Source: a virus | Lineage: Duplodnaviria; Caudoviricetes | DNA length: 44,809 bases | Direction: 5' to 3' (one strand) | IMG/VR virus record: IMGVR_UViG_3300005805_000147 | Location: 1-44,809 of that record | In this document: one piece after another, positions 1-9,218 of the stretch | Numbering within the stretch: position 1 is the first letter of the stretch | Layout of the letters: every line of letters starts with the position of its first letter | The notes under the pieces: model-generated | What the model was told of the DNA's origin: nothing | The model's database searches: none | Seen by the model: only the letters and a program-made list of their open reading frames with translations | Translations under genes and position numbers: made by a program

Positions 1-42
1 ATTGTTTTCTGATGATGTTTTAATTTGTTTAATTCTCGACAT
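1..42 (-). CDS. Possible 5' end of a gene running off the window (MSRIKQIKTSSENN...)
   Basis: ATG at 40-42 on the minus strand, open to the window edge, with AT-rich promoter-like sequence upstream. Confidence 0.4.
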   Translation of the reverse strand, partial: MSRIKQIKTSSENN

Positions 43-113
43 TATATCTTGTTTGTGTGATTTATATTCATTTCCTATATTATAAAAATATAAACAAATT
101 TTTTGTAAAAAAC

Positions 114-139
114 AAAAACCCCAATTTTTTGGGGTTTTT
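114..139 (-). terminator. Intrinsic terminator (possibly bidirectional)
   Basis: Inverted repeat aaaaacccca...tggggttttt with A/T tracts on both sides, just downstream of 163..381. Confidence 0.75.
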
Positions 140-162
140 TACGATGTTATCGTAAATTTTAT

Positions 163-381
163 TTATTTTGTTTTAGAAACTATTTCAGGATTTTCAGGGT
201 CTTCGGTATTGATTACATAGAAATTACCGTTCTCGTCCTGACCTAAAGCCAATTCAACCCCTGAACCCATCTCCTCTGGTTGTACCTCAGTATCAAAATC
301 GTCTAATTCTTGTTGTTCTTTTAATACACCCTCAACAATCTTCTCAATGTCTGATTGTTTTAATTTAATAACTTTTGCCAT
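163..381 (-). CDS. Small acidic phage protein, candidate head-internal protein
   Basis: 72 aa; N-terminal IKLKQSDIEKIVEGVLKE amphipathic motif; TATTTAT motif upstream. Confidence 0.75.
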   Translation of the reverse strand: MAKVIKLKQSDIEKIVEGVLKEQQELDDFDTEVQPEEMGSGVELALGQDENGNFYVINTEDPENPEIVSKTK

Positions 382-430
382 ATCATTAATTCTTTATAAT
401 AAATACTTGGAACTGAGATAAATTTCATGG

Positions 431-1012
431 TTAGATTAATTCATAATCTATGTCACCATAGTCATCAAAATCATCATTCTCGTCATGACCCTCACCTTCT
501 TGTGCTTTTCTATATGCCTCACAAACACTTCTAGCCATTACCGTGTGTGTCCATGATTGTACACAACTTCTTGAACATTGAATAGTGTATTCGGTTTCTT
601 CATTATCTTCCCAATTTTCATCCTCTTCCTCACATTCTTCAGTGTTAATAGTAACTGACGAATCTTCCCTCTTCATTTTATCAAACTCCTCAATAACATC
701 ATTTCTAAATTGTTTTAATTGGTCGTATGAATTAAAATCAAAACTAAACATACCTAGTTCAGATTTTAGAGTAACATTTACATGTTCTGGTTCACCTTCT
801 TTATATTGATTTTCTTTGGTGTAACTTACATAATAACCGTCACACGGGCCAAATTCAATTTGTGTTTCCTCAGGATAAAGACCCATCCAAAAACTATCTG
901 AATTGTCTTCTTGCATTTTTTTATATTCACTTTCTAATGATTGCAATTCTTTAATTGCGTTGGAGTATCTTTTTTCAAAGTCTTTCTCCCATTTTTTAGT
1001 ACGTTTAGGCAT
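431..1012 (-). CDS. Hypothetical acidic protein
   Basis: 193-aa ORF in a co-directional run; no family recognised. Confidence 0.75.
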   Translation of the reverse strand: MPKRTKKWEKDFEKRYSNAIKELQSLESEYKKMQEDNSDSFWMGLYPEETQIEFGPCDGYYVSYTKENQYKEGEPEHVNVTLKSELGMFSFDFNSYDQLKQFRNDVIEEFDKMKREDSSVTINTEECEEEDENWEDNEETEYTIQCSRSCVQSWTHTVMARSVCEAYRKAQEGEGHDENDDFDDYGDIDYELI

Positions 1013-1022
1013 ATGATGTGTT

Positions 1023-1937
1023 TTAATTTACTGGTTTATACAACATTGGTGCTTGACCATAAACAGGAAGTTTACCATCCCATTTCTCAATCCAAAGTTG
1101 CTGTAGTAACATTGGTGTTAATGTGGCTTGTTTCAATCTATTTGCTTCCGCTTCTGCCTTTGCTGATGTTAACATAGCTTGAGCGTTACCCTCTGCGGTA
1201 GCAACTTTAATCTTTGCTTGTGCCTCTGCGGTTTTCACTTCATTTTCGGCTCTTAATGCCGCTTGTACCGCGTTATTCTTTGCCTCAATAGCTTGTTTGA
1301 ATGTTGCAGGATATACTAAATTCGACGTAAATTGGTTAACAATAAAACCTTCATTCAATAATTGTGATTCCAAAATCCTACGAACCTCATTCTCGTAGTT
1401 TTGACGATTACCAATTAATTCATCTGCGGTGTACTTGTTAGTTGCTAATCTGAATGCATCAAATACTGCAGTTTTCAAAAACCCCTCTTCAATTTGTTCT
1501 AAACTCCTACGATACTTAGCAAAGATAGTTGGTACTTTTTCTCTCTTTACTGAATAGTTTATGATAGGTGAAACGTGAAACTCCGAACCATCTTTTGAGT
1601 TTACCACAAATGAGTTATCACCAGTATATTCTTTGTGTTGAATAAATGTAGGGAACTCATAGATACTATGTGTAATTGGATTGTAGAATACCATACCGGT
1701 AACTTCTACTACATCACTCACACCCTTGTTATCACCATATTGGTTCACTTTAACTCCTACGTGTCCTGCATCAATTCGTTCACAGGAAAAAAATAGTGTT
1801 ACTAGGATAAAAAATCCCACCACTCCTGAAATAATTGTTTTCATTCTTTTTTTTAATTTTAATTGTTGTTTTAATTGTTCTTCTTCACGCTCTTTCATTT
1901 GGCGAGCATACCTTTCTTCAAAACTTTCGAATGCCAT
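1023..1937 (-). CDS. SPFH/band 7/prohibitin family membrane protein
   Basis: N-terminal TM helix, RIDAGHVGVKVN, Ala/Glu coiled coil (AEAQAKIKVATAEGNA), C-terminal WIEKWDGKLP. Confidence 0.9.
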   Translation of the reverse strand: MAFESFEERYARQMKEREEEQLKQQLKLKKRMKTIISGVVGFFILVTLFFSCERIDAGHVGVKVNQYGDNKGVSDVVEVTGMVFYNPITHSIYEFPTFIQHKEYTGDNSFVVNSKDGSEFHVSPIINYSVKREKVPTIFAKYRRSLEQIEEGFLKTAVFDAFRLATNKYTADELIGNRQNYENEVRRILESQLLNEGFIVNQFTSNLVYPATFKQAIEAKNNAVQAALRAENEVKTAEAQAKIKVATAEGNAQAMLTSAKAEAEANRLKQATLTPMLLQQLWIEKWDGKLPVYGQAPMLYKPVN

Positions 1938-1938
1938 A

Positions 1939-2292
1939 TTATTTTGTTTTTTTTCTGGTTTTTACAAAAGGTTCGTCACTTTTAACACCATCAAATTGTT
2001 TTGGATTTCTTTTTTTCTTTTTCGGTTGAAGTTCTTCAGGATTAATATAATCCAATTCGGTCTCGCCCGGTTCAATGTTTATGAATTGATCAACAAATTT
2101 ATCCATGTTTACATAATAATAAACAAAGCAAATTGTAAACAATCCGAGAATGCCCGATAGTATATTAAGCATAGTATTTGCTGCAGTCAAACCGGGAAAC
2201 ACAATGAATGTTAGGATTGAGAATGTACCGAATCCAACAAAGATTGGTGATGATGTTTTCTGTGAGAAAACTTTTTTAAAGAGGTCTTTCAT
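1939..2292 (-). CDS. Two-TM membrane protein
   Basis: Start placed at the ATG of MKDLFKK; two hydrophobic segments and a basic tail. Confidence 0.7.
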   Translation of the reverse strand: MKDLFKKVFSQKTSSPIFVGFGTFSILTFIVFPGLTAANTMLNILSGILGLFTICFVYYYVNMDKFVDQFINIEPGETELDYINPEELQPKKKKRNPKQFDGVKSDEPFVKTRKKTK

Positions 2293-2321
2293 TTTTTTAG
2301 GTTTAGTAAGTTTGTTAAGGA

Positions 2322-2509
2322 TGGTTGGGTTCAAAGTTCCGATTTAATAAATCTTAAAGGAGTTTTAAAGTTTGAGAGTTAACTTTTGATAATTTGAATG
2401 TTAATTTTTGAGTCCACTTAACTTCATCAATTTATCAGACTTTATAGATAATTGTTGCCAATGGTAGACCATTGTCTTAATTTATAAATCTTCCCTCATC
2501 CCCCAACCA
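2322..2509 (-). ncRNA. Candidate structured non-coding RNA with 7-nt periodic repeats
   Basis: Gene-free interval closed by an 8-bp inverted repeat (2322-2329/2502-2509); internal hairpin CAATGG-TCTA-CCATTG; seven heptamers at 2363-2412. Confidence 0.5.
2363..2412 (-). repeat. Seven degenerate 7-nt units, consensus NTYAAMN on the minus strand
   Basis: Minus strand: ctcaaaa attaaca ttcaaat (t) atcaaaa gttaact ctcaaac tttaaaa. Confidence 0.7.
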
Positions 2510-2514
2510 ATATT

Positions 2515-2952
2515 TTAATCAATCAATGTGTTGTGATTCCATTGGTCAAGTTCATCTTGGAGAGATTCAATTCTCAACTCAAGGTTCTTCACCATTTTAT
2601 CTTTTTCAACCACATTAATTTCAGCGTGTTTAACAACGGGTTCACCCTCTCCCCATCTTCCACCGGCAACTTTACCTGAGGAACAATTGAGTCCTTTCAA
2701 TTGTTTAACTTGATTTTTTAATTCTGACAATTCAAAAATCTTATCATAAACTGGAAGGTTTGCCTTATGAATTTGTGTTTTCAACACAATAAGATCATTA
2801 GACAACTTCATCCAATTACCTATCGCCTCTGTTGCGGAGTATGGACGCGGATTACCTTCATCAACAACATTATATTGTGATGCCTTATAAAACTCTTGGT
2901 GAATTTCACCAACGAGTTTGTTTTTCTTTTTCAAAGCTTGTTTGATGTTCAT
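2515..2952 (-). CDS. DIP1984-like helical coiled-coil protein
   Basis: MNIKQALKKK start, N.V.EG..P, LKTQIHKAN and C-terminal LQDELDQWNHNT resemble the DIP1984 family pattern. Confidence 0.6.
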   Translation of the reverse strand: MNIKQALKKKNKLVGEIHQEFYKASQYNVVDEGNPRPYSATEAIGNWMKLSNDLIVLKTQIHKANLPVYDKIFELSELKNQVKQLKGLNCSSGKVAGGRWGEGEPVVKHAEINVVEKDKMVKNLELRIESLQDELDQWNHNTLID

Positions 2953-2961
2953 GTTTCTATT

Positions 2962-3066
2962 TTAAAATTTACCCCATTGAGATTTGTTACGGTTTTCTTC
3001 TGCAATTTTAAACCCTAACAAAATATCTTTGAGAATTATTTTTATTTTTCGAAATACTTTTTTCAT
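2962..3066 (-). CDS. Unannotated 34-aa basic peptide (MKKVFRKIKIILKDILLGFKIAEENRNKSQWGKF)
   Basis: ATG to TAA frame filling the gap between two minus-strand genes; below the ORF-track cutoff. Confidence 0.55.
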   Translation of the reverse strand: MKKVFRKIKIILKDILLGFKIAEENRNKSQWGKF

Positions 3067-3103
3067 AATAGAATATAATTAAAATTTTTGAATAAAAAAA
3101 ATA

Positions 3104-3757
3104 TTAACCAACAATTCCAACAATATCATTTAAATGGTGGTCTAAAGGTCCCATTTCACTACCGATTTCTTTCTTCTTTAACATCTTTATCACATCATGT
3201 AAATTGTATGGTGAGAAGTCGGGATTACCATCCATACCAATGTCCATTCTTCTACCATTACTAATTTTCTGGTTGTGTGGTAAATGACAATGTCCATGTA
3301 AATGAATACGACCCTTACGAAGTCCGTTCCAACTCGATATGGGATAGTGACACATCTCAATCGTTTCACCTTGATATTCAAATTGTTCAAACCAACTAAC
3401 TGATTTGAAAAGGTTTCGAACATTACTTCTGTTTCTGTCGATGTGATGGTCATGATTGCCAAGAACTAAGTGAATATTTTTACAAATTAATCTATTATGG
3501 AATTCTTCTATATTTTCAAAACCACCAAAACTCCAATCCCCTAAATGAATTAACACATCGTCCTGTCCAACAACTTCATTAATGTTGTTTACAATTGAAC
3601 TATTCATTTTATCAATGGTATCAAATGGGCGTGTTTGTGATTCAGGAATATTACCATTTGGTAATCTCCAGTTAGTAGTGCCACGACATATATTCTTATG
3701 AGAATAGTGTGTGTCAGATGTTATCCATACCTTAATATCATTTTCTATTTTAATCAT
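3104..3757 (-). CDS. Calcineurin-like metallophosphoesterase
   Basis: Motifs SDTH, LGD, GNHD, CHYP, HGHCH. Confidence 0.9.
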   Translation of the reverse strand: MIKIENDIKVWITSDTHYSHKNICRGTTNWRLPNGNIPESQTRPFDTIDKMNSSIVNNINEVVGQDDVLIHLGDWSFGGFENIEEFHNRLICKNIHLVLGNHDHHIDRNRSNVRNLFKSVSWFEQFEYQGETIEMCHYPISSWNGLRKGRIHLHGHCHLPHNQKISNGRRMDIGMDGNPDFSPYNLHDVIKMLKKKEIGSEMGPLDHHLNDIVGIVG

Positions 3758-3758
3758 A

Positions 3759-4256
3759 TTAACAAAATTCAGTTGATGAACTTACTCGAAGTCCGTCGAT
3801 TATTAAATCATCGTATCTTGGGTCATCAAAAAATGAACCCATACCATTTCTTCTTTCTTTTTTACGATACTCTTCGTTAACAATTAATCCATCAGGTTCA
3901 CCCCACTCGAGAGCCATTGCAATAAACTCTTCAATATTCCATTCCTCACCATATTCATCAACCACACGACCTGAACGAATAAAGTTTAAAAGTTCTTCTT
4001 TATTTGAAAAGTATTTTTTATCATGAAAATTCCAACAGAATTTCCATCCACCACTACGTTTCCCAAGATGTATAGAGGTACCATCAAGAAAATTATCCCA
4101 CGGACTTTCAGTTTGCCATGTATCCTTTTTCTCAACCCTAAATCCCCTTTCAATATTAAATGGTGATAATTCTAAATCTATAACTTGTTGAATTAGAATC
4201 TTTTTTTTGGATTCCATTTCTTCAACAGTTGGAATTCTATAATAATTTGTACTCAT
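3759..4256 (-). CDS. Conserved phage hypothetical protein
   Basis: Start placed at MSTNYY, downstream of a promoter; IHLGKRSGGWKF and VVDEYGEE motifs. Confidence 0.75.
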   Translation of the reverse strand: MSTNYYRIPTVEEMESKKKILIQQVIDLELSPFNIERGFRVEKKDTWQTESPWDNFLDGTSIHLGKRSGGWKFCWNFHDKKYFSNKEELLNFIRSGRVVDEYGEEWNIEEFIAMALEWGEPDGLIVNEEYRKKERRNGMGSFFDDPRYDDLIIDGLRVSSSTEFC

Positions 4257-4275
4257 GTTAGTAAGTTTTCTGAAA

Positions 4276-4306
4276 CAAATGTAAGTATTATTTTGTATAT
4301 TCCAAA
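4276..4306 (-). promoter_or_regulatory. Bacteroidota-type housekeeping promoter (-33/-7)
   Basis: TTTG-N19-TACATTTG, 19 nt upstream of the ATG at 4256 and just after a terminator. Confidence 0.75.
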
Positions 4307-4313
4307 ATATTTC

Positions 4314-4343
4314 AAAAAAAAATCCCCACATTTCTGTGGGGAT
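4314..4343 (-). terminator. Intrinsic terminator
   Basis: ATCCCCACA-GAAA-TGTGGGGAT stem followed by a long T tract on the minus strand. Confidence 0.85.
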
Positions 4344-4397
4344 ATACTAAACCCAAATCGGGTCATTCCATTACAACTTAGTATGGAAAGGTACTTT

Positions 4398-5663
4398 TTA
4401 TTTTTTTATATTTTTTATTACATCTTTAACTATATCATCAAATATTCCCTCATTGATTCTTCTTCTACCACCATCCAACTCAGATCTTGTTGGTGCAGCT
4501 TTTCTAAGTACACTTTCAGGACTGATTTGAGTAACTTTTTGTTTGAATTCGTTGATGGCTGTAAGTAATCCTCTAACAATTTCTGAGTTATCCATAATTG
4601 TATTTTCCGGTGTGAATTCTGTACCCGGTGTAAGTTGGATATTTTTAACGACACCGACTTGTTTACCATCAACTAAAGAATCAGGATTATATTCTACCGG
4701 TTCAAGTCTACCATCAACACGTGATGATTCTGGTTTTCTTCTTGCAAATTTGTTTACCAAAGTAATCGACCAAGCGAAAGAGTTTTCACCAATCATTTCA
4801 CCTCTCACAGAGAAAGTCATCTCCAAGAAAACCTCATTCTCTCTACCCTCAACATGACCGTATCTACGTAATTGATAAACATCTGTTACACCATAATCTT
4901 GTGTGCTACCTTTCTTTTCTTCAGCCTCCCAATTTCTATAATTTAGATTGAATTGTCTTGCTAAGTGTTGTGTGTCCATTTCTGGTGTCTCTTCACCAAA
5001 AATTCTATCCGCAACCATTTGGTTGAACTCTTCGTTAGATTTATAAACATTATAACTTAAAGAAGTGAACATTACTTTTTCGTTTGTCCAAAGATCTGTG
5101 TGTCTATCGAAATATTTTCTATTGTCTAAAGCAATTGCAGGTACACTTCTTTGATTTAATACTTTATTGAAATCTTCAGTTAGATTACTCCTTAATGCCT
5201 TTAAAAATAATCTTTTTATTTTCTCAGAACCTTGTAACTTCTCACCGGTTGCAACATCTTTTGATGTTTGTTTAATGGTACTAACAGGTTCACCTTCTTC
5301 ACCCGGTAAAGGTCTACCAACCCTTACATCTCTATGTGGTCTATCTGACGGACACTTAGTGTCTGACCATTTAAAAGAACCATAATCTCTTTTTAATTTT
5401 TCAACAACGTCGGGATGTTGTTCCATGAATTGTTGGATATCACAGGTGAAAATGATTTGTACTCTCTCAGAATCGGGATCCTCACTAAATGGGTCCACCA
5501 TCATATCGTAACCAATTAAATTACCATCGTTATCGTATAGTTTACTTGATGCAACTCTTTTACCTGGTTGTTTTTTGGTCCAATATTTGGCCATTTCATC
5601 AATATCCGAAATGTAATTGTTTTCAGATAATAGAGAAAGAAGTTTTTCTTTAGATATTTCCAT
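4398..5663 (-). CDS. Hypothetical protein, candidate virion-internal protein
   Basis: 421 aa from MEISKEKLL; TATTTAT motif upstream; LSE/IDE near the N-terminus and INEGIFDDIVKDVIK at the C-terminus. Confidence 0.8.
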   Translation of the reverse strand: MEISKEKLLSLLSENNYISDIDEMAKYWTKKQPGKRVASSKLYDNDGNLIGYDMMVDPFSEDPDSERVQIIFTCDIQQFMEQHPDVVEKLKRDYGSFKWSDTKCPSDRPHRDVRVGRPLPGEEGEPVSTIKQTSKDVATGEKLQGSEKIKRLFLKALRSNLTEDFNKVLNQRSVPAIALDNRKYFDRHTDLWTNEKVMFTSLSYNVYKSNEEFNQMVADRIFGEETPEMDTQHLARQFNLNYRNWEAEEKKGSTQDYGVTDVYQLRRYGHVEGRENEVFLEMTFSVRGEMIGENSFAWSITLVNKFARRKPESSRVDGRLEPVEYNPDSLVDGKQVGVVKNIQLTPGTEFTPENTIMDNSEIVRGLLTAINEFKQKVTQISPESVLRKAAPTRSELDGGRRRINEGIFDDIVKDVIKNIKK

Positions 5664-5691
5664 TATAATACGTATTTTATTTATATAAATA

Positions 5692-6153
5692 TTAGGAAAA
5701 CCAAAGAGGAACCTCCCTATTTTTCCAATTACAGAAATCTTTCTTCGCACCGATGTAATAATTCCTATAGGACTGAGTCACATCGTCGACTTTAAAGATA
5801 TCGGGCATTGCTTTCGGTGGATATTGAAACGGTAAATCAGGTATATTGGGTTTATTTACTACACACCATTCTATTACTTGTTGGGACTTATGTTTTTTAC
5901 CGTATCGGTATGAATATTCTTTACATAGTTCCAAACCCAATTCACACAACCAAAGATAATTTTCCAATGAACTCCTCACCCAAATTGAACACGGGTGATT
6001 CTTATGAGATAGTTTATATGGTGCTTCAGAATCGTTCACCCAATGAACTCCACAAAGTAATTGTGCGGTTTCTAATATCATCTTAACAACATGTTTGTCG
6101 TTATGATATTCAGCACATTTTTTAGGGTCACTATCTAAAAAGAATATATTCAT
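5692..6153 (-). CDS. Pyrimidine dimer DNA glycosylase/endonuclease V-like protein
   Basis: MNIFFLD, DKHVVKMILETAQLL, H.NHPC..W, YR.YY; ATGA overlap with the upstream gene. Confidence 0.8.
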   Translation of the reverse strand: MNIFFLDSDPKKCAEYHNDKHVVKMILETAQLLCGVHWVNDSEAPYKLSHKNHPCSIWVRSSLENYLWLCELGLELCKEYSYRYGKKHKSQQVIEWCVVNKPNIPDLPFQYPPKAMPDIFKVDDVTQSYRNYYIGAKKDFCNWKNREVPLWFS

Positions 6154-6524
6154 TTTTTGTTGTTCCAAAGTTTTAAAAGACACTCGAGATGATCCGTACC
6201 AATCAAATAATCATAATCAACATCTAAAGTATCCTTTCCACATAAATTACAAACCCATTTATTTACAGTCGGTGGTGGTTCTTTGCCTTCATGTTCTCTC
6301 CAATAATACGATCTCACCTTTTCTCCAAGTTCATAATTGTTGGGATACCTTTCAATCCAATTTTTTGGGATGGTTATGTGTTCCCTACTCGAAGAGTCTC
6401 CTTTTTTGTAACAATCAATACATAGTTGTCCTGCTCCTTCGATGTAACCGGTTCTAAAATCAATGTGTGTTGTGATTTCTTCGTGGGTTTCTTTACCACA
6501 TAGTATACAAGTTTCTTTTGACAT
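6150..6524 (-). CDS. Hypothetical protein with CxxC pairs (putative zinc binding)
   Basis: CILC, CIDC, CNLC, HLEC. Confidence 0.7.
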   Translation of the reverse strand: MSKETCILCGKETHEEITTHIDFRTGYIEGAGQLCIDCYKKGDSSSREHITIPKNWIERYPNNYELGEKVRSYYWREHEGKEPPPTVNKWVCNLCGKDTLDVDYDYLIGTDHLECLLKLWNNKK

Positions 6525-6588
6525 AAAATAAGTTTAGATAATAAATCTATCTAAATTATTTGAAAAATCCAAAAAAATATAAAAAATA

Positions 6589-8034
6589 TTATACAGATAT
6601 CACCGATTGTGCAATTCTATTGGCTTGAAGGGCGATGGTATTCACATCTCTTTCGTAGTTCTCACTTGATGCATATCTGTTATTATTCTTGTTTACAAAA
6701 TTTTGAACAAGATCGGTGGCAGTTTTACCCTTACCTAAATAACTCTTGGCAATCAAATCATAGTATCTATCTATACCATCTTGTACTGAATCGGCGAACC
6801 AGTTCGCACCACTATCTGTGTTTCCAACATTAAATGGATTTTTTGTTCTGATTGGTCTTGCATTTGGGTCTTTAGAAAATCCACCTTCAGCAGTTAATTG
6901 AGCTAGTGCCAATTCAGGTGGGACATATCTATTATGTCTTTCGAACGCTTTAACGGCTCCCCTCGTTAACATATCACCTGTAATATTCAACAGATTACTA
7001 CTTCTTGATGATATAAATTTCTGACAAATTTCAGTGTATTTTCTTTTTCCTTCCTCGGTTGTTAAATCTATGTCGGTGAATTGGGCACTACCACCAGTTA
7101 CTACACTGTCAATAAGTTTTTTGAGGTCTTCAGAAGTTACTCCTCTTTGTTTTAACAATTCAATTAATTTATTTAACATCTCAGGAGTTGCTTTAGTTGT
7201 TACTCCTGAACCACTTCCAGCAACAAACTCACCCACTTCCGAACCTAAGTGTTCCATTGGATTTACGGTTTTCCCGTCTTTATAAACCTCAAAGTGTAAA
7301 TGTGCTCCGGTAGATCTTCCTCTACCCACATCTCCCGCAGCCCCACCAGTTAAACCAACAACATCTCCCTTACTAACTGATTGTCCCTTAGTTACATTAA
7401 TCTGTTTACAATGACAATATCTAGTTTTATATCCATCGGCATGTTGGATAAAAATTGTTCCTCCACAATCATTAGATCTAATTTCAGCATCTATAACCTG
7501 ACCATCAAGAGGTGATTTAATCGGGGTACCAGAACTAGCACTTAAATCTACACCATGGTGCATTCTACCCCATCTTGGTCCGAATGGTGAACCAACAGAT
7601 GTTTGACCAATAGGAGAAGACATTGTGGCTTCATTAACATTTTCTTTGTTACCCAACTTATCACTTATAAACTTACTAACTGCGGATGCGGTCTCTGGTC
7701 CAAAAAGACCATCAATACCATGTTTTGGTAGTTCATAACCTAAAAGAGTTAAACCCATTTGCATGGACTCAACTTCTTTTTGAAATGTCATTGAACCTTT
7801 TTCTTGTTGGGAAATACCACCTTGTTCAGCGGCTTGTTGTAGGGTTTCAAAGAATTTTTTTACATCGTCACTAACTAAATCCGCCTTTTTGGGGTCGTCC
7901 ACTTTCTCACCATCATCCTTCTTTAACCCAACACCCTTTAAAATTCTATCCAACAGACCTCGTTCCTCGATGACTTGTTTACCGTAGGTTATGGTATGTA
8001 TTCTTTCTAATTCTTCTGTGAGATTCCTTTTCAT
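6589..8034 (-). CDS. Multidomain peptidoglycan hydrolase: PG-binding + M23 peptidase + glucosaminidase/lysozyme-like domain
   Basis: GIDGLFGPET (PG-binding); HHGVD, YCH, STGAHLHFEV (M23); ALAQLTAEGG, NPFNVG, YAS (lysozyme-like). Confidence 0.85.
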   Translation of the reverse strand: MKRNLTEELERIHTITYGKQVIEERGLLDRILKGVGLKKDDGEKVDDPKKADLVSDDVKKFFETLQQAAEQGGISQQEKGSMTFQKEVESMQMGLTLLGYELPKHGIDGLFGPETASAVSKFISDKLGNKENVNEATMSSPIGQTSVGSPFGPRWGRMHHGVDLSASSGTPIKSPLDGQVIDAEIRSNDCGGTIFIQHADGYKTRYCHCKQINVTKGQSVSKGDVVGLTGGAAGDVGRGRSTGAHLHFEVYKDGKTVNPMEHLGSEVGEFVAGSGSGVTTKATPEMLNKLIELLKQRGVTSEDLKKLIDSVVTGGSAQFTDIDLTTEEGKRKYTEICQKFISSRSSNLLNITGDMLTRGAVKAFERHNRYVPPELALAQLTAEGGFSKDPNARPIRTKNPFNVGNTDSGANWFADSVQDGIDRYYDLIAKSYLGKGKTATDLVQNFVNKNNNRYASSENYERDVNTIALQANRIAQSVISV

Positions 8035-8049
8035 ACTTAAATAAATATC

Positions 8050-8451
8050 TCATATCTCAACTTTAATCCATTTTTGTGTTGAGTCTAATTTAAAAGAACC
8101 TATGTAGTTTTGTTTCCATTGTGATGGATGTATCAAAGACAGAAAAGTGGTCTCATTTTCTCTAATATACAGGTGATATATTTCATTCATTACAGGAATA
8201 AAAGAATAACTCGATGAATATACGAGCTCATTCCAATTAACCTCATCAATAAGTTTACGAAACTCCTCTTTAAGTTCTTCATATTTGGTCTTAAACTGTT
8301 TATTTGCAACATTGGCTTGCATTTGTTTCCAACCACCTACATCTTCCATTTTAATTGCGGGTGCACCTACATTACTACCATAAGTTAACTCCTTTGAGTA
8401 GTATCCTTTTTCTTCGTCCCAAACAACTAAATCTGGTTTCTTTTTTTTCAT
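8050..8451 (-). CDS. DUF2452-like protein
   Basis: NELVYSSSYSFIPV..EIYHLY and FLSLIHP..W pattern. Confidence 0.7.
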   Translation of the reverse strand: MKKKKPDLVVWDEEKGYYSKELTYGSNVGAPAIKMEDVGGWKQMQANVANKQFKTKYEELKEEFRKLIDEVNWNELVYSSSYSFIPVMNEIYHLYIRENETTFLSLIHPSQWKQNYIGSFKLDSTQKWIKVEI

Positions 8452-8454
8452 TAT

Positions 8455-8628
8455 TTATTTTTTCTCATCATCCCACGGGTTATCTTCATCACCCCAATTA
8501 AGAAAATCTTCACCCTTATAATCAGGATGATTTTTTTTCATATTATCAATACCCCTTACCCAAATATATGCTATTGGTGCCGTGATTAAAATAGTGATAC
8601 CAATTGCGATTAAATAACTTGTCATCAT
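8455..8628 (-). CDS. Small single-TM protein
   Basis: MMTSYLIAIG start with ATGA overlap; TM helix then HPDYKGEDFL. Confidence 0.7.
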   Translation of the reverse strand: MMTSYLIAIGITILITAPIAYIWVRGIDNMKKNHPDYKGEDFLNWGDEDNPWDDEKK

Positions 8629-9218
8629 TTTAGTAAGTTTAATATTTTTTCTTTGATTCCTGTTTGTTTTATTCCTTCGGTTCCTAAAGGTGTCAACACA
8701 AAGTTGTCTAAACCCCAATCGTGCTCAAATTCAATTCCATAGTATGACCCCTTTTTACCCATATCCAAATCATCAATAGACACCCAATGTGTAATTTCAG
8801 GATGATTAATTAGATATTGTCTTATCTCAATTGATCTTGTTTGTTCTAAATCCCATTGTCTTGACCAAGGAAAGTCATAATTATATTCTATCTTATACCA
8901 ATTACAATCTTTTAACCATGGGGTAAAGTCAATTGGTTTTTTAATAATACCTTGTTGTTCATAATATTCACCCAACTCATCAACCGTTGCATGATTTTTC
9001 CAATCAGAACTAACTACAATCTCTGCACCGGTTTCTTCTAATATTTCATTTAGAACCTTAATTGCTTTCTTATTAAAATTATCGAACCTACATTCAACTG
9101 GTAGTGAAGCTATAGACTGTGACAATTTTCTACCTATCTTTCTTTGTTTTTTATGTCTACCACCCCATTCAGTTGATAAGCAAATCACACCATCGTGATC
9201 AAGAAATATTACTTTCAT
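8625..9218 (-). CDS. HAD-superfamily protein (HAD_SAK_2-like)
   Basis: IFLDHDGV, IVVSSDW, SIDDLD. Confidence 0.8.
   Translation of the reverse strand: MKVIFLDHDGVICLSTEWGGRHKKQRKIGRKLSQSIASLPVECRFDNFNKKAIKVLNEILEETGAEIVVSSDWKNHATVDELGEYYEQQGIIKKPIDFTPWLKDCNWYKIEYNYDFPWSRQWDLEQTRSIEIRQYLINHPEITHWVSIDDLDMGKKGSYYGIEFEHDWGLDNFVLTPLGTEGIKQTGIKEKILNLLK

Noticed and set aside
2322-2509. tRNA, hammerhead ribozyme or small ORF in the gap
   Set aside because: No cloverleaf or T-loop, no complete CUGANGA/GAAA core, and no convincing ORF. The 1939..2334 extension from an alternative start is less plausible than the ATG at 2292.
4257-4263. TACTAAC spliceosomal branch-point match
   Set aside because: The context is prokaryotic/phage with no introns. 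It is part of the AAACTTACTAA leader motif.
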